Positions 1 to 11,370 of a DNA stretch of 64,000 bases are shown piece after piece. Each line of letters opens with the position of its first letter. Position 1 is the stretch's first letter. Both the position numbers and the translations under genes were made by a program. Below the pieces are notes generated by a model. That model ran no database searches. It saw only the letters and a program-made list of their open reading frames with translations, and was not told the origin of the DNA. This DNA is from Eledone cirrhosa (lineage: Eukaryota): contig OZ024741.1 of NCBI GenBank assembly GCA_964016885.1, forward strand, positions 140,430,001 to 140,494,000, written 5' to 3'.

Positions 1-3000
1 TTCTATTGAGAGAATATCCATGTGAGAGAATTCCTATTACAACCACAAGAGTAACATATCTAGCATTATTAATTCTATCACAATAACAACAGCTACCAAA
101 TCAATATCACTACGACCATATTCATATTCTACTGCAACACCTGCCACTCATTGTAAACTCTCAGAGAATGATTCCTCGACATACACACCTCTAAGTTTCA
201 GTATATTTGAACTCTAATAAATATGGAAATAAACTCATCAAATTTTAAATTAAGTTTATTTTCACTCACCAATTTATTATGAATGACTATGAAACAATAT
301 GTGTGTTTATGGTAGGAGAATATCTATGACCAGTGACCGACCTTATTTCTGAAAGCCACAGTTTAAAGAGTAATAAAAACATATCACTCCCAGCTGAAAT
401 CATTTGTTTAAGAGGGTCTTATTAATCAATAACTCTGTCAGTTTAACCAGCTCTGTAGTTTATGGAGGGCCTGTCTTATATACTCAGTCGAAAGTCCACT
501 ATTATCCCTATAAACAGTTGAATTATAAGATGTGCCATTTTATTACTAGTCATATATTATCCATAGACATAACACAACATTCTGTAGTTCTTTTTTAATT
601 TATTTTTCGTGGGGAGGCACCGAAAGCATAACTTTAGCTTTACCTCCATTTTACGGAACGTTGCTTCAAATTGTTGTAATTCGAAACTATGAAAAATGTG
701 GTGACTGTTACGTTTGATGTGACGAATATCATATCCTAGCTACTCATGAACCAAATACACGATTCAATATCGATCTAATGTCTATAATTATATCATGATG
801 AACTAAAGTAAGCGAGATTAAATGGAGTGTTTTACATAAACACAGACATTGAATCTGGGAACAAAACCTTACATTTTACAATAAGGTACAAACGACTTTA
901 ATGCGCTTATATTTTCAGCTCAAATGAAGTTCACTTGCATCAACAAAAAATCGAAACTTAAATATTCTAAGAACTTGTATTATTTTATCTGCGATAATTG
1001 CAAAGGATGGACAGATTTTATTTTTCCTTCAAATCCGTACCAACAATTATCGTAGTCCTTGTTAACGTAAGTTCTTCTTAGATGCTTAATTAAACGTTTA
1101 ATCACATTGTAAAGTTTGACAAAATATACAATTTAAATGAGACAAAAATAGATGGAAAGAAGAAAAAGAGAATGAAGCAATGAAGGAATAGGAGAGGAGA
1201 AGGGAGGGATATATTTTACACCCAAGTCTGAGTGGTGATTCAGCCGTGATCCGTACACAGAGTGGTGAAGGCCTGCCACAGATAATAGCCATGAGATAAT
1301 AGACATGAGGCAACAGAGCTCTTTCCACAAGCAGACTGTTGTTCTTCTGATTCTGTGGTCATAATTAATCTTGTCGTTTTGCGTCAGGGTATGAACTCAC
1401 GTTACTCGGAATTGTTAAGGGACCACATTTCAATTCATACTTTAGCCAAATTAAAATTGGCATATTACAAATAAGTTCTTTTTTTTAATCTGAAATACAT
1501 CAAGGGTAATTACAAACTCTTAGGCCATGTGCCAAGTCTTCATGTTTCAAAACGCAAATCCATTCGATGTTGGCCTCTGCTGGATCAATATTATATTTAT
1601 ATGTAATCTTTTTTCTTTTCAATTTAGTTTTGTTTGGGAAGAAACCCAAAACGTCTACCTAGAATAATGTTTTATATATTATATTTTCAAATATATCCGA
1701 GTTAAAAACACACTGTGAGAGACAAATTAAGGCTTTTAGCGGAATAGTCTGTTCTACACGTTTGTTTTAAATATATTTTTTTTTGTTAGGAAGTAATGGT
1801 TAATGGTAATAAATTTGCTTTCAATTTTTTTCATAATTCGCAAGCACAATTATAGAGAGGTATTGTTATTAGAACATAATATTCTCTGACCTTTTCGTTG
1901 CCAAAAAGTTATATTTTTTTATGTTTCTATTGAAACAAATATCTAAACACAAAGCACTCACTAGCTGAAAGTCGCTTGCTATACAGGAAATATATTTTTA
2001 TTATGAATCTGGTTTTTTTTTACAGTAACCCGTTGAGTTGGGAATATTGACGTTAATATAAGGAATAAACGACTACTTCGATACTTGCTTCCTCTATAGT
2101 TTATATTATTCAAAGAGTTTCTTTGATTATTTATATATATAGCTGTTTGGTAACTTCTCTATATGCAGCTATCTTAATGGAACACTGAAAAGAATTGTAA
2201 CTTTCTGATGTTGGTTGCAAATTAGATAAGAAAATGTAAAAAATATTCATTTAAAGATTTGCGAAGTTATTTCTTTCAGAAATATACAACTCATAGGGAA
2301 TGCCCTTTTATTTATGTATGTAATATTTCTAGCACACAAATATTTGAAAACGTCGGTTAGATAAAATGAAAGATTTTTTAAAATCCTATATTGATTTCAT
2401 ATATTGGTCAACGCTACATATCAGTAAACCAGAAGAATAATTGAAAAAGTCAACCACAGTTTATTAATGTTATTTATACTATAAAACATAAAAACATGAA
2501 AAGCAAAGACTAGACCAGTGCAAGAATATATACAGCAGAACGCTCAAATATTTTCTATACAGTTCATATCTAAGATTGGCACAAAACTAAAATAGTATAA
2601 ATCGAGTCCAGTATTGATTAAATTGGCATTTTACGTGAGTCGTAAAGACGTCGATTTAAATGCCTCAGAGTTCGAATCCTACCTAGATCAGCTTGGTCTT
2701 TCATTGTTTCGAGGGGAATAAGTAACACTCTATATTTCTTCCCTACTGCCTTTCCCTCTCTCTTACTGGAACTTTCTCTCATTCGTCCGTGGTGATTGTC
2801 AAACTGACGAATGCAAGAAACTTGTGGAAAGTTAACCAAGAATCTGAAAAAAAAATATCTCCCCACCGAAGTTAACAATGAACATACTAGATTTACCAAA
2901 CCAAATTTTAAAATGATAATATTATGAAATTAAATTAAATTTAGAACTACAAGTGAAGTCATTCTTTTCCGTTTTTGAAATATACCTAACTGTAACAAGG

Positions 3001-3023
3001 ATTTCACATCTTTTTTAATATAT

Positions 3024-3138
3024 ATAGGAACCAGTAAGACCCCGACGGCTGAGCTCAAGCCGTTTCGACGGTTAATTCGTCCAGAATTAACCGTCGAAAC
3101 GGCTTGAGCTCAGCCGTCGGGGTCTTACTGGTTCCTAT
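3024..3138. repeat. Perfect 55-bp inverted repeat (5-nt loop) carrying the 3' half of a hammerhead-like motif
   Basis: 3024-3078 is the exact reverse complement of 3084-3138. The right arm reads CGTC-GAAA-CGGCT(TGAGCTC)AGCCG-TC-GGGG (GAAA, stem III, GUC); no CUGANGA half is present. Confidence 0.9.
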
Positions 3139-3214
3139 TACCCACTCTACTACCCCAAGTATTGAGTACTTTGGTGCGTTATGGTCCACCTGGTTCCTTA
3201 CCACATTTCCTTCG

Positions 3215-3258
<44 letters not shown>

Positions 3259-3269
3259 TTTATAGAAGG

Positions 3270-3320
3270 AGCTTCTACAGGACTAGTACTGTTTCATTCA
3301 GATGAAATCTTCAGGAAGCT
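3270..3320 (-). ncRNA. Type I hammerhead ribozyme (Penelope pLTR-type)
   Basis: Minus strand AGCTTC-CTGAAGA-T-TTC(ATCT)GAA-T-GAAA-CAG(TACTAGTC)CTG-TA-GAAGCT: stem I AGCTTC/GAAGCT, conserved core, near-palindromic stem III, GUA cleavage triplet. Confidence 0.8.
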
Positions 3321-3796
3321 GGGTGTCATATTAAGTTCTGGTATTTATACATTTAGGTAGTGGTAAAGGGAGGGGTGGTGGAGGGGGGGGGGGGGGGGGT
3401 ATTTAGATACACGGGACCACTTCATGGCACAGGCCGTTTTTTCTTTGGGGAGTGGTCAATTAGCCAGAGTACTTTTTTGAAATAAATAATTGAGTAAATA
3501 AATAAATAAATGGATAAATAGATAAAAGAATAGATGGATAAAATAAATAAAAGAATAAATAAAAATAAATAAATAAAAACCCCATGAACAGTAATTCAAC
3601 AGATATATAGTAGGGAAATTTAGGTGGGTTGGTAATAGAAATTAAACATTTAACAAGACCGAATCATGACACAGACTGGGGTGAGTGGTCAAGTTAACAT
3701 ACAAGCCACAGGTGGCCAGAGTGTTTTTGTAGGTCATTAGACTGCGGACATGCTTCTGCGCCTCTTTAAATTTGATCATATCGAACCTAATAAATA

Positions 3797-3835
<39 letters not shown>

Positions 3836-3837
3836 GT

Positions 3838-4266
3838 ATCAACTAGAAATTGATTGACATATATATGTATATATATATAAAATAAACATAAGAAACAATC
3901 ACAAGGAATAATTTGTAAAAGTGTGTAAGCACACATAGCTAGGTAGGTAACTAATTAAAGTTTAACTAGAACTTTAAAAATAGTTACCTTATGAATTGAT
4001 TAATCTTCCTTGTATATATTTCATTAAAGAAATATATTTCACCATCAATGGCAGTAGCCAAAAACGGATTTTCAACAAGGGAGAAGATTTAACTATCTGT
4101 GTTTACACAGCAAATTCAAATCTGCGAATGACTAGCAGTACGTGTTGCATTTTCTAAAAATACACACATCGCACCAGCTTCATCCCAGTGGCGTGAATAG
4201 GGTTATCGACAACTAGTAATAGCAGCCAAGTCCTTTCAACTGAGTTAGCTCTACAATTAAGGGGCC

Positions 4267-4306
<40 letters not shown>

Positions 4307-4314
4307 AAAATTAA
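3838..4314. repeat. Dispersed ~470-bp repeat, copy 1 (copy 2 at 40087-40538), unclassified
   Basis: Colinear similarity from ATCAACTAGAAA through GTCCTTTCAACTGAGTTAGCTCTACAATTAAG to TCCAAAATTAA; both copies follow a (TA)n tract. Confidence 0.8.
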
Positions 4315-4389
4315 ATTAAGGGTGTCATATCAGAGAGACCTGCGCCATATCCACTGTAGAATATGTTCCAAGATTCCAATGAATAGATC

Positions 4390-7222
4390 AGAATGTGGTA
4401 ACTTGTTTACCTTGCATAGATGCCAGCCTTTATAGTGAGTCACAGTCATCTCTCTCTCTCTCCACAGATCCTACACAGTGAGCTAGCCTTCTCCTTGTAA
4501 ATATGGTGTTTCACCCACTTCGTTCTGAGAGCTTGCTCTTGCGTGGTAAATTGTTTACTTTGCATAGGTGCCAGTGTATCACCTTGCCCATCATGTCTCC
4601 AGCCCTTATAGTGAGTCTGGGCTAGGTGTTTACACTCGGATACAATGTGAGCCACAGTCTCCTCTCTCTCTGTCCACAGATCCTACACAGTGGGCTAGCC
4701 TCCTCCTTGTAAATATGGTGTTTCACCCACTTCGTTCTGAGGGTCTGCTCTTGCGCAGCAATTAGCATTCCTTCTCTAGACGTTTTAAGATCTCCTATTT
4801 TTAACCAGTTCCATGTCAGTGGATCTCTAAATTCAGTTTTCTTAAAGAAGGTACTATGAAGGGATTTTTCATGAACGTTGCTCTTCCTCCTTGTTGATAT
4901 TTCCTCCTTGAACATCCCCTGCTCTATTGTCTTCTCCTTCCGTACAATTTTGAGCATTGGCTCCCTACTGTCAGTCACGTATTTGAGCAGGTTGTTTTTC
5001 TCGATCTGAACACAGTACTCTATGCTGATAAGACCTCTTCCACCTTCAGATCTCTTTAAGTAGAGTCTATCGACATCACTCCTCTTGTGGAACATGTTGT
5101 AGATAGTCAATAGCTTCTTAGTCTTCCTATGCATTTCTTTTTGTTCAGTAACATTCCATTTCAGAATTCCTGCACTGTACATAATAATAGACACAGCTCG
5201 GGAATTCACTGCACTTATGACATTCCTACTATTTAGATGTGATTTTAATACGCTCCTTACACTCCTTATGTACTCAGATCTTATCAATTCCTTCATTTAT
5301 TTGTTGTCCTCCATGTCATCTGCCTCCAGAACACCTAAATATTTGTATTGCTCTTCAGTGTCAATTTCCTTTATCATCTCACCTGTTGGTACCTGGATTC
5401 CGTTGCTTCTGCTCAATTTAACCCACTTCATCACTAGGACTCCACACTTATTAATACCAAATTCCATACATATATCATTGCGGAAAATACGAAGAGTGTC
5501 AACAAGTACATCCAACTCCTTCTCAATCTTCCAAAAGAGTTTAAGATCGTCCATGAAGAGGAGGTGGTTGATGGTAAGTTGTTCTTTTCCCAACTTGTAT
5601 ACTGCTCTCACTTTTTCCAATATAACGGTCAGGGTTATCAGGGCAAGGAAAAACAGCAGAGGGGACAAACAATCTCATATCCCGGGAATATACCTCCCTT
5701 GATCTGCTCACCTCCCAAGGATTCTCCACCCGATGTTAAATCTGTTCCCAGGACTTCATACTTTTGTTCAACAACTGTCTGATGTTATCTGCAACCTTGA
5801 AGATCTCTAGGCCTTTGGTTATCCAAGAATGAAGTACCATGTAGATGTACTTTTATAATCTTTCGATCCCAAGGCAAGACCAGTGTGTCTCCTCTTGCAA
5901 TTCCTCATCACCATATTATCAATAAGTAACTGGTCTTTGTACCACGGGACTTTTTTCGGCATCCTTTCTGTTCGTCCGATAACAAGTTGTTTATGTGGAG
6001 GTGATGGTAGATTTCCTCAGACACAATGCTTGTTAACAGTTACCACATTACGGACAGACATGTGATAGGTCTATAGCTGGTAACATCATTACCCTTGATT
6101 CGGTCTTTCATTACCAGAACTGTGGTACCTTTTGACAAATACTCTGGTACCTCACCCGACATCAAACAGTCATTGAACATGGTTGTCAGTTTCGGGTGGA
6201 GGGATGTTATATTTTTAATCCAATACGCTTGCACACCATCTGGGCCTGGTGATTTCCAGTTGGTTAGTTTTTTGGCCTGCCCTTTAAGCGTTTCAACTGT
6301 GATACTCAAATCAGGTTGTTGGTGTGCTTGTTCACTAATCTCCTTTTGAACTGTTTCAATCCGCATTGCCTGACTATCATGTTCAACATCCTGCTCCCAC
6401 ATTCCTCTCCAGAATGTCTTAGACTGTTCCGCCTCAGGGATCAAGCCGTTGCCCTTTCTTTCCCTTCAAGCTGTCCAAACAACATCTTCTGGTTGTTGTC
6501 AAACATGCGGTTCTGTCTATACTGACTGACTCTGTTCTCATACCGCCTAATCTTTGCACTTTTTGCTACAATGCGTTGCTTCAGTTACTCTATGATAGTA
6601 TTTAGCTTTTTCCACATAGTTTTGAACTTTATTTCCAATCTATCTTTATTGTCTATGTTTTGTAATGTCCATTCAATAAAACTTAAGCTTTCCAATGTGT
6701 TTTCTCATTTCCTTGATTTGACCATTCATTATTTTCTCCCAACAAGTTTCTGATCTTTCTTGTTTGTTGTTTCCTCTCGTTTTTATTCCAAGTAATTTCC
6801 CCACAGCATTTGCTGTTGCTTTGAGGATATTGTTGCATTGGTGAAGGTTCCTCGCCTCAAGGTATGGGATGACTTTGTGTACCTTAGCTGTTGTTTCTTT
6901 TAACATTTTCCTGTCTACAAATCCTAGGTTGATAGGTTTTCCACTATCATTGTTCATTTCATCGACCACTAAGTTCAGGTATCAAACAAATCTCGTCCTA
7001 GCCCGTCAGCACTCATTTCCTCAATGGCCGTATCATTGTTCCAGAGGTTATTTATTTCAGCATTCAGATCATTGTCTGCTTCGAATGTTTCCCGCTTTCT
7101 CTCAACCTCTTCACCTTCATTTCCCACTGGCTCGTTTGTCTGGCATATTCCACTCCCCATTTCATACCTAAACTCTCTGCTCAGTTCCTCCTGTTCCAAC
7201 TCGCTTATCCGTCCATTAGTCC
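4390..7222 (-). mobile_element. R4/Dong-like non-LTR retrotransposon family 1, copy A, decayed and truncated at both ends
   Basis: Frameshifted ORF pieces: [56 protein letters not shown] zinc finger; colinear with the copy at 21996-25487. Confidence 0.9.
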
Positions 7223-7224
7223 TT

Positions 7225-7355
7225 CTTCGTCTGCCTCTTCTTCTTCTTCTTCTTCTTCTTCTTCTTCTTCTTCTTCTTCTTCTTCTTCTTCTTCTTCTTC
7301 TTCTTCTTCTTCTTCTTCTTCTTCTTCTTCTTCTTCTTCTTCTTCTTCTTCTTCT

Positions 7356-7390
<35 letters not shown>

Positions 7391-7398
7391 TTCTTCTT
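7225..7398. repeat. (CTT)n microsatellite
   Basis: Long, near-pure CTT run; source of the poly-R/poly-L ORFs in the track. Confidence 0.97.
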
Positions 7399-7417
7399 GG
7401 TCTTATTATTATTATTT

Positions 7418-8072
7418 GCATTTATCTTGCTTTATGTTCATACGAGTTATCACCAAGTCACAACCAGTGACCTCAAGAGACAACAAGGTCCGCCATGTTC
7501 AAGAAAGAACATACATATTCACACATGCATACTTAGTGTTTAGACTTGTGATGTACTTATATTGACAGGATCTTCCTTAGTATATGGGCAGTTCCCATTA
7601 GTACTATCTTTTGTATTTCTCCTATACGTGGGTTTCCTGGGATTTGCGATAAGTAATCATTAGACCCCTTAGGTATCATTCCCAGAGCGCCTACAACCAC
7701 TGGTATTGTTTTAGTTCTCAATTTCCACATTTTTCCAATTTCTATCTCCAGGTCCTTATACTTGCTCAAATTTTCAAATGTTTTTATAGATAAATTCTTG
7801 TCTATTGGAACAGACATATCAATTAGCAGGCATACCCTCTTTTGAAAGTCTTTCAATATTATATCAGGTCTGTTTGCATCTATTTTTCGGTCTGTTTGGA
7901 TGCTAAAGTTCCACAAGATTGAGATGTGATCTTTTTCAAGTATGGGAGGTGGTTGATGCTCCCACCAATTCTTTTGATGGGGCAGGTCAAAATGCTTACA
8001 CATTATCCAATGTATGTATTGTGCAGCTCTGTCATGCCTGTTTAGGTATTCGGTTGGAGCTATAGGACTGCA
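7418..8072 (-). mobile_element. R4/Dong-like family 2, copy B: 3' fragment (REL endonuclease + 3' UTR)
   Basis: ORF 7557-8003 with NRPDII...LIDMSVP...KYKDL...PVVVGALG (PD..D REL domain), RHD motif just upstream; 3' UTR shared with 32911 and 33889; flanked by (TTA)n. Confidence 0.9.
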
Positions 8073-8108
8073 TTATTATTATTACTATTATTATTATTAT
8101 TGTTGTTA

Positions 8109-9068
8109 TTCCTTGAATCTCAGTCATTGATGTTGGTTAACTGGAAAGTCCGTTGGAATGAATATCAAGCCACTACCTGCAGCCTCAGATATTCAGGACG
8201 TATCGGAGGGTTCTTGCTGTTCCAAGCAAGCATGCCTTTTGAAGCGTTCCAAAAAGCGTGAAGGGGCCGATTTTCTTTAACCATCCCTGGAAACTTTTGG
8301 AGATAGTCCCCAGTGCGCATATGACAATCGGGATCACTTTGACTTCAAGGCAGTTCCAAATCCTTTTCACCTCCCACTTTAGGTCCTGGTATCGGTTAAT
8401 TTTCTCCCTCTCCTTCTCTTGCACTCTCGTGTCGAACGGGCAGGCCACATCCACAATCAGACACGATCTTTTTTCTTTGTCCACAACCACCAGGTCAGGT
8501 CTATTGTGTTCCAGTGTTTTGTCCGTCTGTATCCTAAAATCCCACAGCACCTTCACCTGATTGTTCTCCATCACCGCCTCCGGCCTATGCTCATACCATT
8601 TCTCAGAATGTGGTAAATTGTTTACTTTGCACAGGTGCCAGTGGATCACCCTGCCAATCACATCGTGTCTCCAGCCCTTATAGTGGGTCTGGGCTAGGTG
8701 TTTACACTCGGACACAATGTGAGCCACAGTCTCCTCTCTCTCTCCACAGATCCTGCACAGTGGGCTAGCCTCCTCCTTGTAAATATGGTGCTTCAACCAC
8801 TTCGTTTTGAGGGCCTGCTCCTGCGCAGCCATTATCATTCCTTCTGTAGCCTTTTTGAGGTCTCCTCTTCTCAACCAGTTCCATGTCTGTGGATCTCTAA
8901 ATTCAGTTTTCTCAAAGAAGGTACTATGAAGGGATTTTCCCTTAAGGCTGCTCTTCCTCCTTGATGTTATTTCCTCCTTGGACATCCCCTGGCCTACTGT
9001 CCCCTCCTTCAGTACAGTTTTGAGCATTGGCTCCTTACTATAGGTCACGTATTTGTATAGGTTGTTTA
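8109..9068 (-). mobile_element. R4/Dong-like family 1, copy C: 3' fragment (CCHC + REL + 3' UTR)
   Basis: Open 287-aa ORF 8185-9048: CRICG..ETVAHIVSEC, RHD, NRPDLVV, DVACPFD, EKINRYQDL; (TTA)n on both sides. Confidence 0.92.
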
Positions 9069-9069
9069 A

Positions 9070-9141
<72 letters not shown>
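9070..9141. repeat. (TTA)n spacer between array elements
   Basis: Similar tracts at ~7404-7417, 8073-8108, 14264-14332, 20471-20497, 21967-21995, 26946-26997, 32876-32910, 33864-33888 and 34294-34320, each at an element boundary. Confidence 0.95.
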
Positions 9142-9355
9142 GGCGACCTATGTAGTAAATCGTATCATCGTGAGCTCCGCAAAGGTTTGTTATTTCCGTT
9201 TGTTAAAAATTGCCATTTATGGAAAATTTTTTATTGTTAACTATATATAAGCGCACATACATTGATTTCCGAAAAGGACACCCAAAAAGATTGGTGCCTT
9301 GTGCCCAAAATTTAAACTTTTATGATTATCAAAAAATTTCTTTGAAAAAAAAAAA

Positions 9356-11336
9356 ATGGCTAATTCACCTCTGCACCCAGCAGCTGAAAGCCTTCCTCAC
9401 AAATTAACACCTCACACCGACGCCACCATTGTAAATGATACTACGTTTGCCAACACAAACAATTTAAGCACTAGCAATATTTTAAATTTGTCTCGGGCAG
9501 ACATTCATTTCCCGCCATTACCAATGACTGCAGGTGTTAAAGCCGCCAACACCACCACCACCGGAACAACCACCACCTCCACCACCACCGCGACAACAGA
9601 AACAAAAGGAAAAAATAAATCAACTCGTGATGTCGAAATATTTTCAACCAAAATGGACTCTTTCAAACCGAACTCCACTGACGTCACCAGCAGCACAACT
9701 GAAACTAAAATTAATAATAACAAAAATAACGATAGCAACAACAACAACAATGACATTAAAAAAACCACCCTGAGTTTTGCCAAAGTAGCAAAACAGTGCG
9801 AAGCATTTACGGTAACTCAGGAGGAATTAAAAAATGCCAAAAATATGGTAAAGAAAGATGGGTACAGGGTCAGCCTCACCCCCCACCTAATAAAATGGAG
9901 CATCGGCGCCTATGCACCGTGTCGTATCGAACAATAAATGTAAAATCGCGCCGAGTGGAACGGGCATCCGGGTCCCCAAATCCAAAACGCTTTGGGACAT
10001 GTGTGGGCAAGAAAAACCCACATCAGACGTGGGCAGAAGTATGGAACCGTGGACGTGTTCTTTGAAACGCCAGAGGAGGCTAGAGAACACTACATGGCCC
10101 CATTAAGAAGTGACGACTTCACACTCGTCCCAAGCTATTGTGGCTTGAGACTCGTAAAGATCAGGGTGACCCACGTTCCACCGGCCGTCGAAATTCCCTA
10201 GCTAATAGCGGCCGTCCTCGCCGGCATCGAATCCAACACAAGGATAATAGCAATAGCAAAAGAAAAGCAGGAGAACTGGTCCGGATCTGGGATGGAGCTC
10301 ATGATCCAAGCGGACCAAAAAAGCATTGAGGAGATCCCAGAGGTAATAGACCTCACTGACTGCAGCCACCTCACCGTAATTGTCGAGGGCAGAAGGCCTA
10401 GGTTTGTCGTTTGTGGTGAAGGAACCCACCTAAGGGCTTTCTGCCCTCAGGCTAAAAGGTTGAGGCCACCTCTTCTACCCACCCCAGTGAGACAACCATC
10501 AACACCACCAGTAGCAGAGATGGCAGCAACAACTGTAGCAGCAACAACAGAAGCAACTATAACAGCAACAACCCCAGCAACAGTAGCAAAACCAACACCA
10601 CCACTACCACCAGCAAAACCAACACCACCACCACCCAACGCTTCAGAACTAGTACCAGCGCCTACACCATCCACCACGCCACAACCAAAACTAACGGCTG
10701 TGGAGGATTTTCCACTCCCCGGCCTATCACAACTGGAGACAGTTTGTGACGACGAGGAGTGGGAAACGGTATCTGGAAAAAAAAAAGAAACCAAAAAAGA
10801 AAAAATTCTCTTCCTTCCCCCTCCAAAAACAAAATACAGAGGGAAACAAATAAATTAACAAACAAAAAAGTTAGGACAGATATGCCACCATCCACCCCAG
10901 CATCACCAACCCCATCACCCAAACACCATCACCATCATTAACCCCAACACCACCATCACCTACACCACAAAAGTCACCAAAATGCGAAACAGAAACAAAC
11001 CCACAACAAGCGCAAACAAAACAAAACAACCAAAACGATACACACTACACAGCATTAAATTTGAACAACAAGCAACTATTACACTATATCCAAAACAACA
11101 CCAGCATCACAGAAAAAGACTACACAACAACCCCCAAATCCACACCACCTCCACACATACAAATCACTCGCATCACACAGAAAACGTACATGACACTAAA
11201 ACAAAACTTCCCCAAAGACATCGGAGACTTCCGACAAGCACTCTCCAGGAGGATTTATAAGGACATCCTTCCGGAGGAGGCCACAAGAAGTGAAAAGGAT
11301 GGAAAAACCGTCCTTCCTCTACGAGAAGTAAGGTAA
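9356..11336 (+). pseudogene. Tx1-like ORF1 (Thr/Asn-rich N-terminus, SFA motif, zinc knuckle, Pro/Thr-rich tail), frameshifted
   Basis: LSFAKVA; VIVEGRRPRFVVCGEGTHLRAFCP (CxxC..H....C intact in copy H); split across several frames. Confidence 0.8.
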
Positions 11337-11370
11337 GTGGTCTTTCCCATCTTTTCCACTCCTTTTCAAC

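Noticed and set aside
272-393. Minus-strand segment with good acceptor and GTGAGT donor
   Set aside because: Stops in all three frames and no other support.
3368-3399. G-run with G-quadruplex potential
   Set aside because: Simple homopolymer inside a repeat remnant; no evidence of function.
4180-4266. tRNA-like look of the minus strand (GCTAACTCAGTTG...)
   Set aside because: No TTCRA B-box or consistent cloverleaf; left as an unclassified repeat.
6975-7470. Poly-Arg and poly-Leu ORFs
   Set aside because: Translations of the (CTT)n microsatellite.
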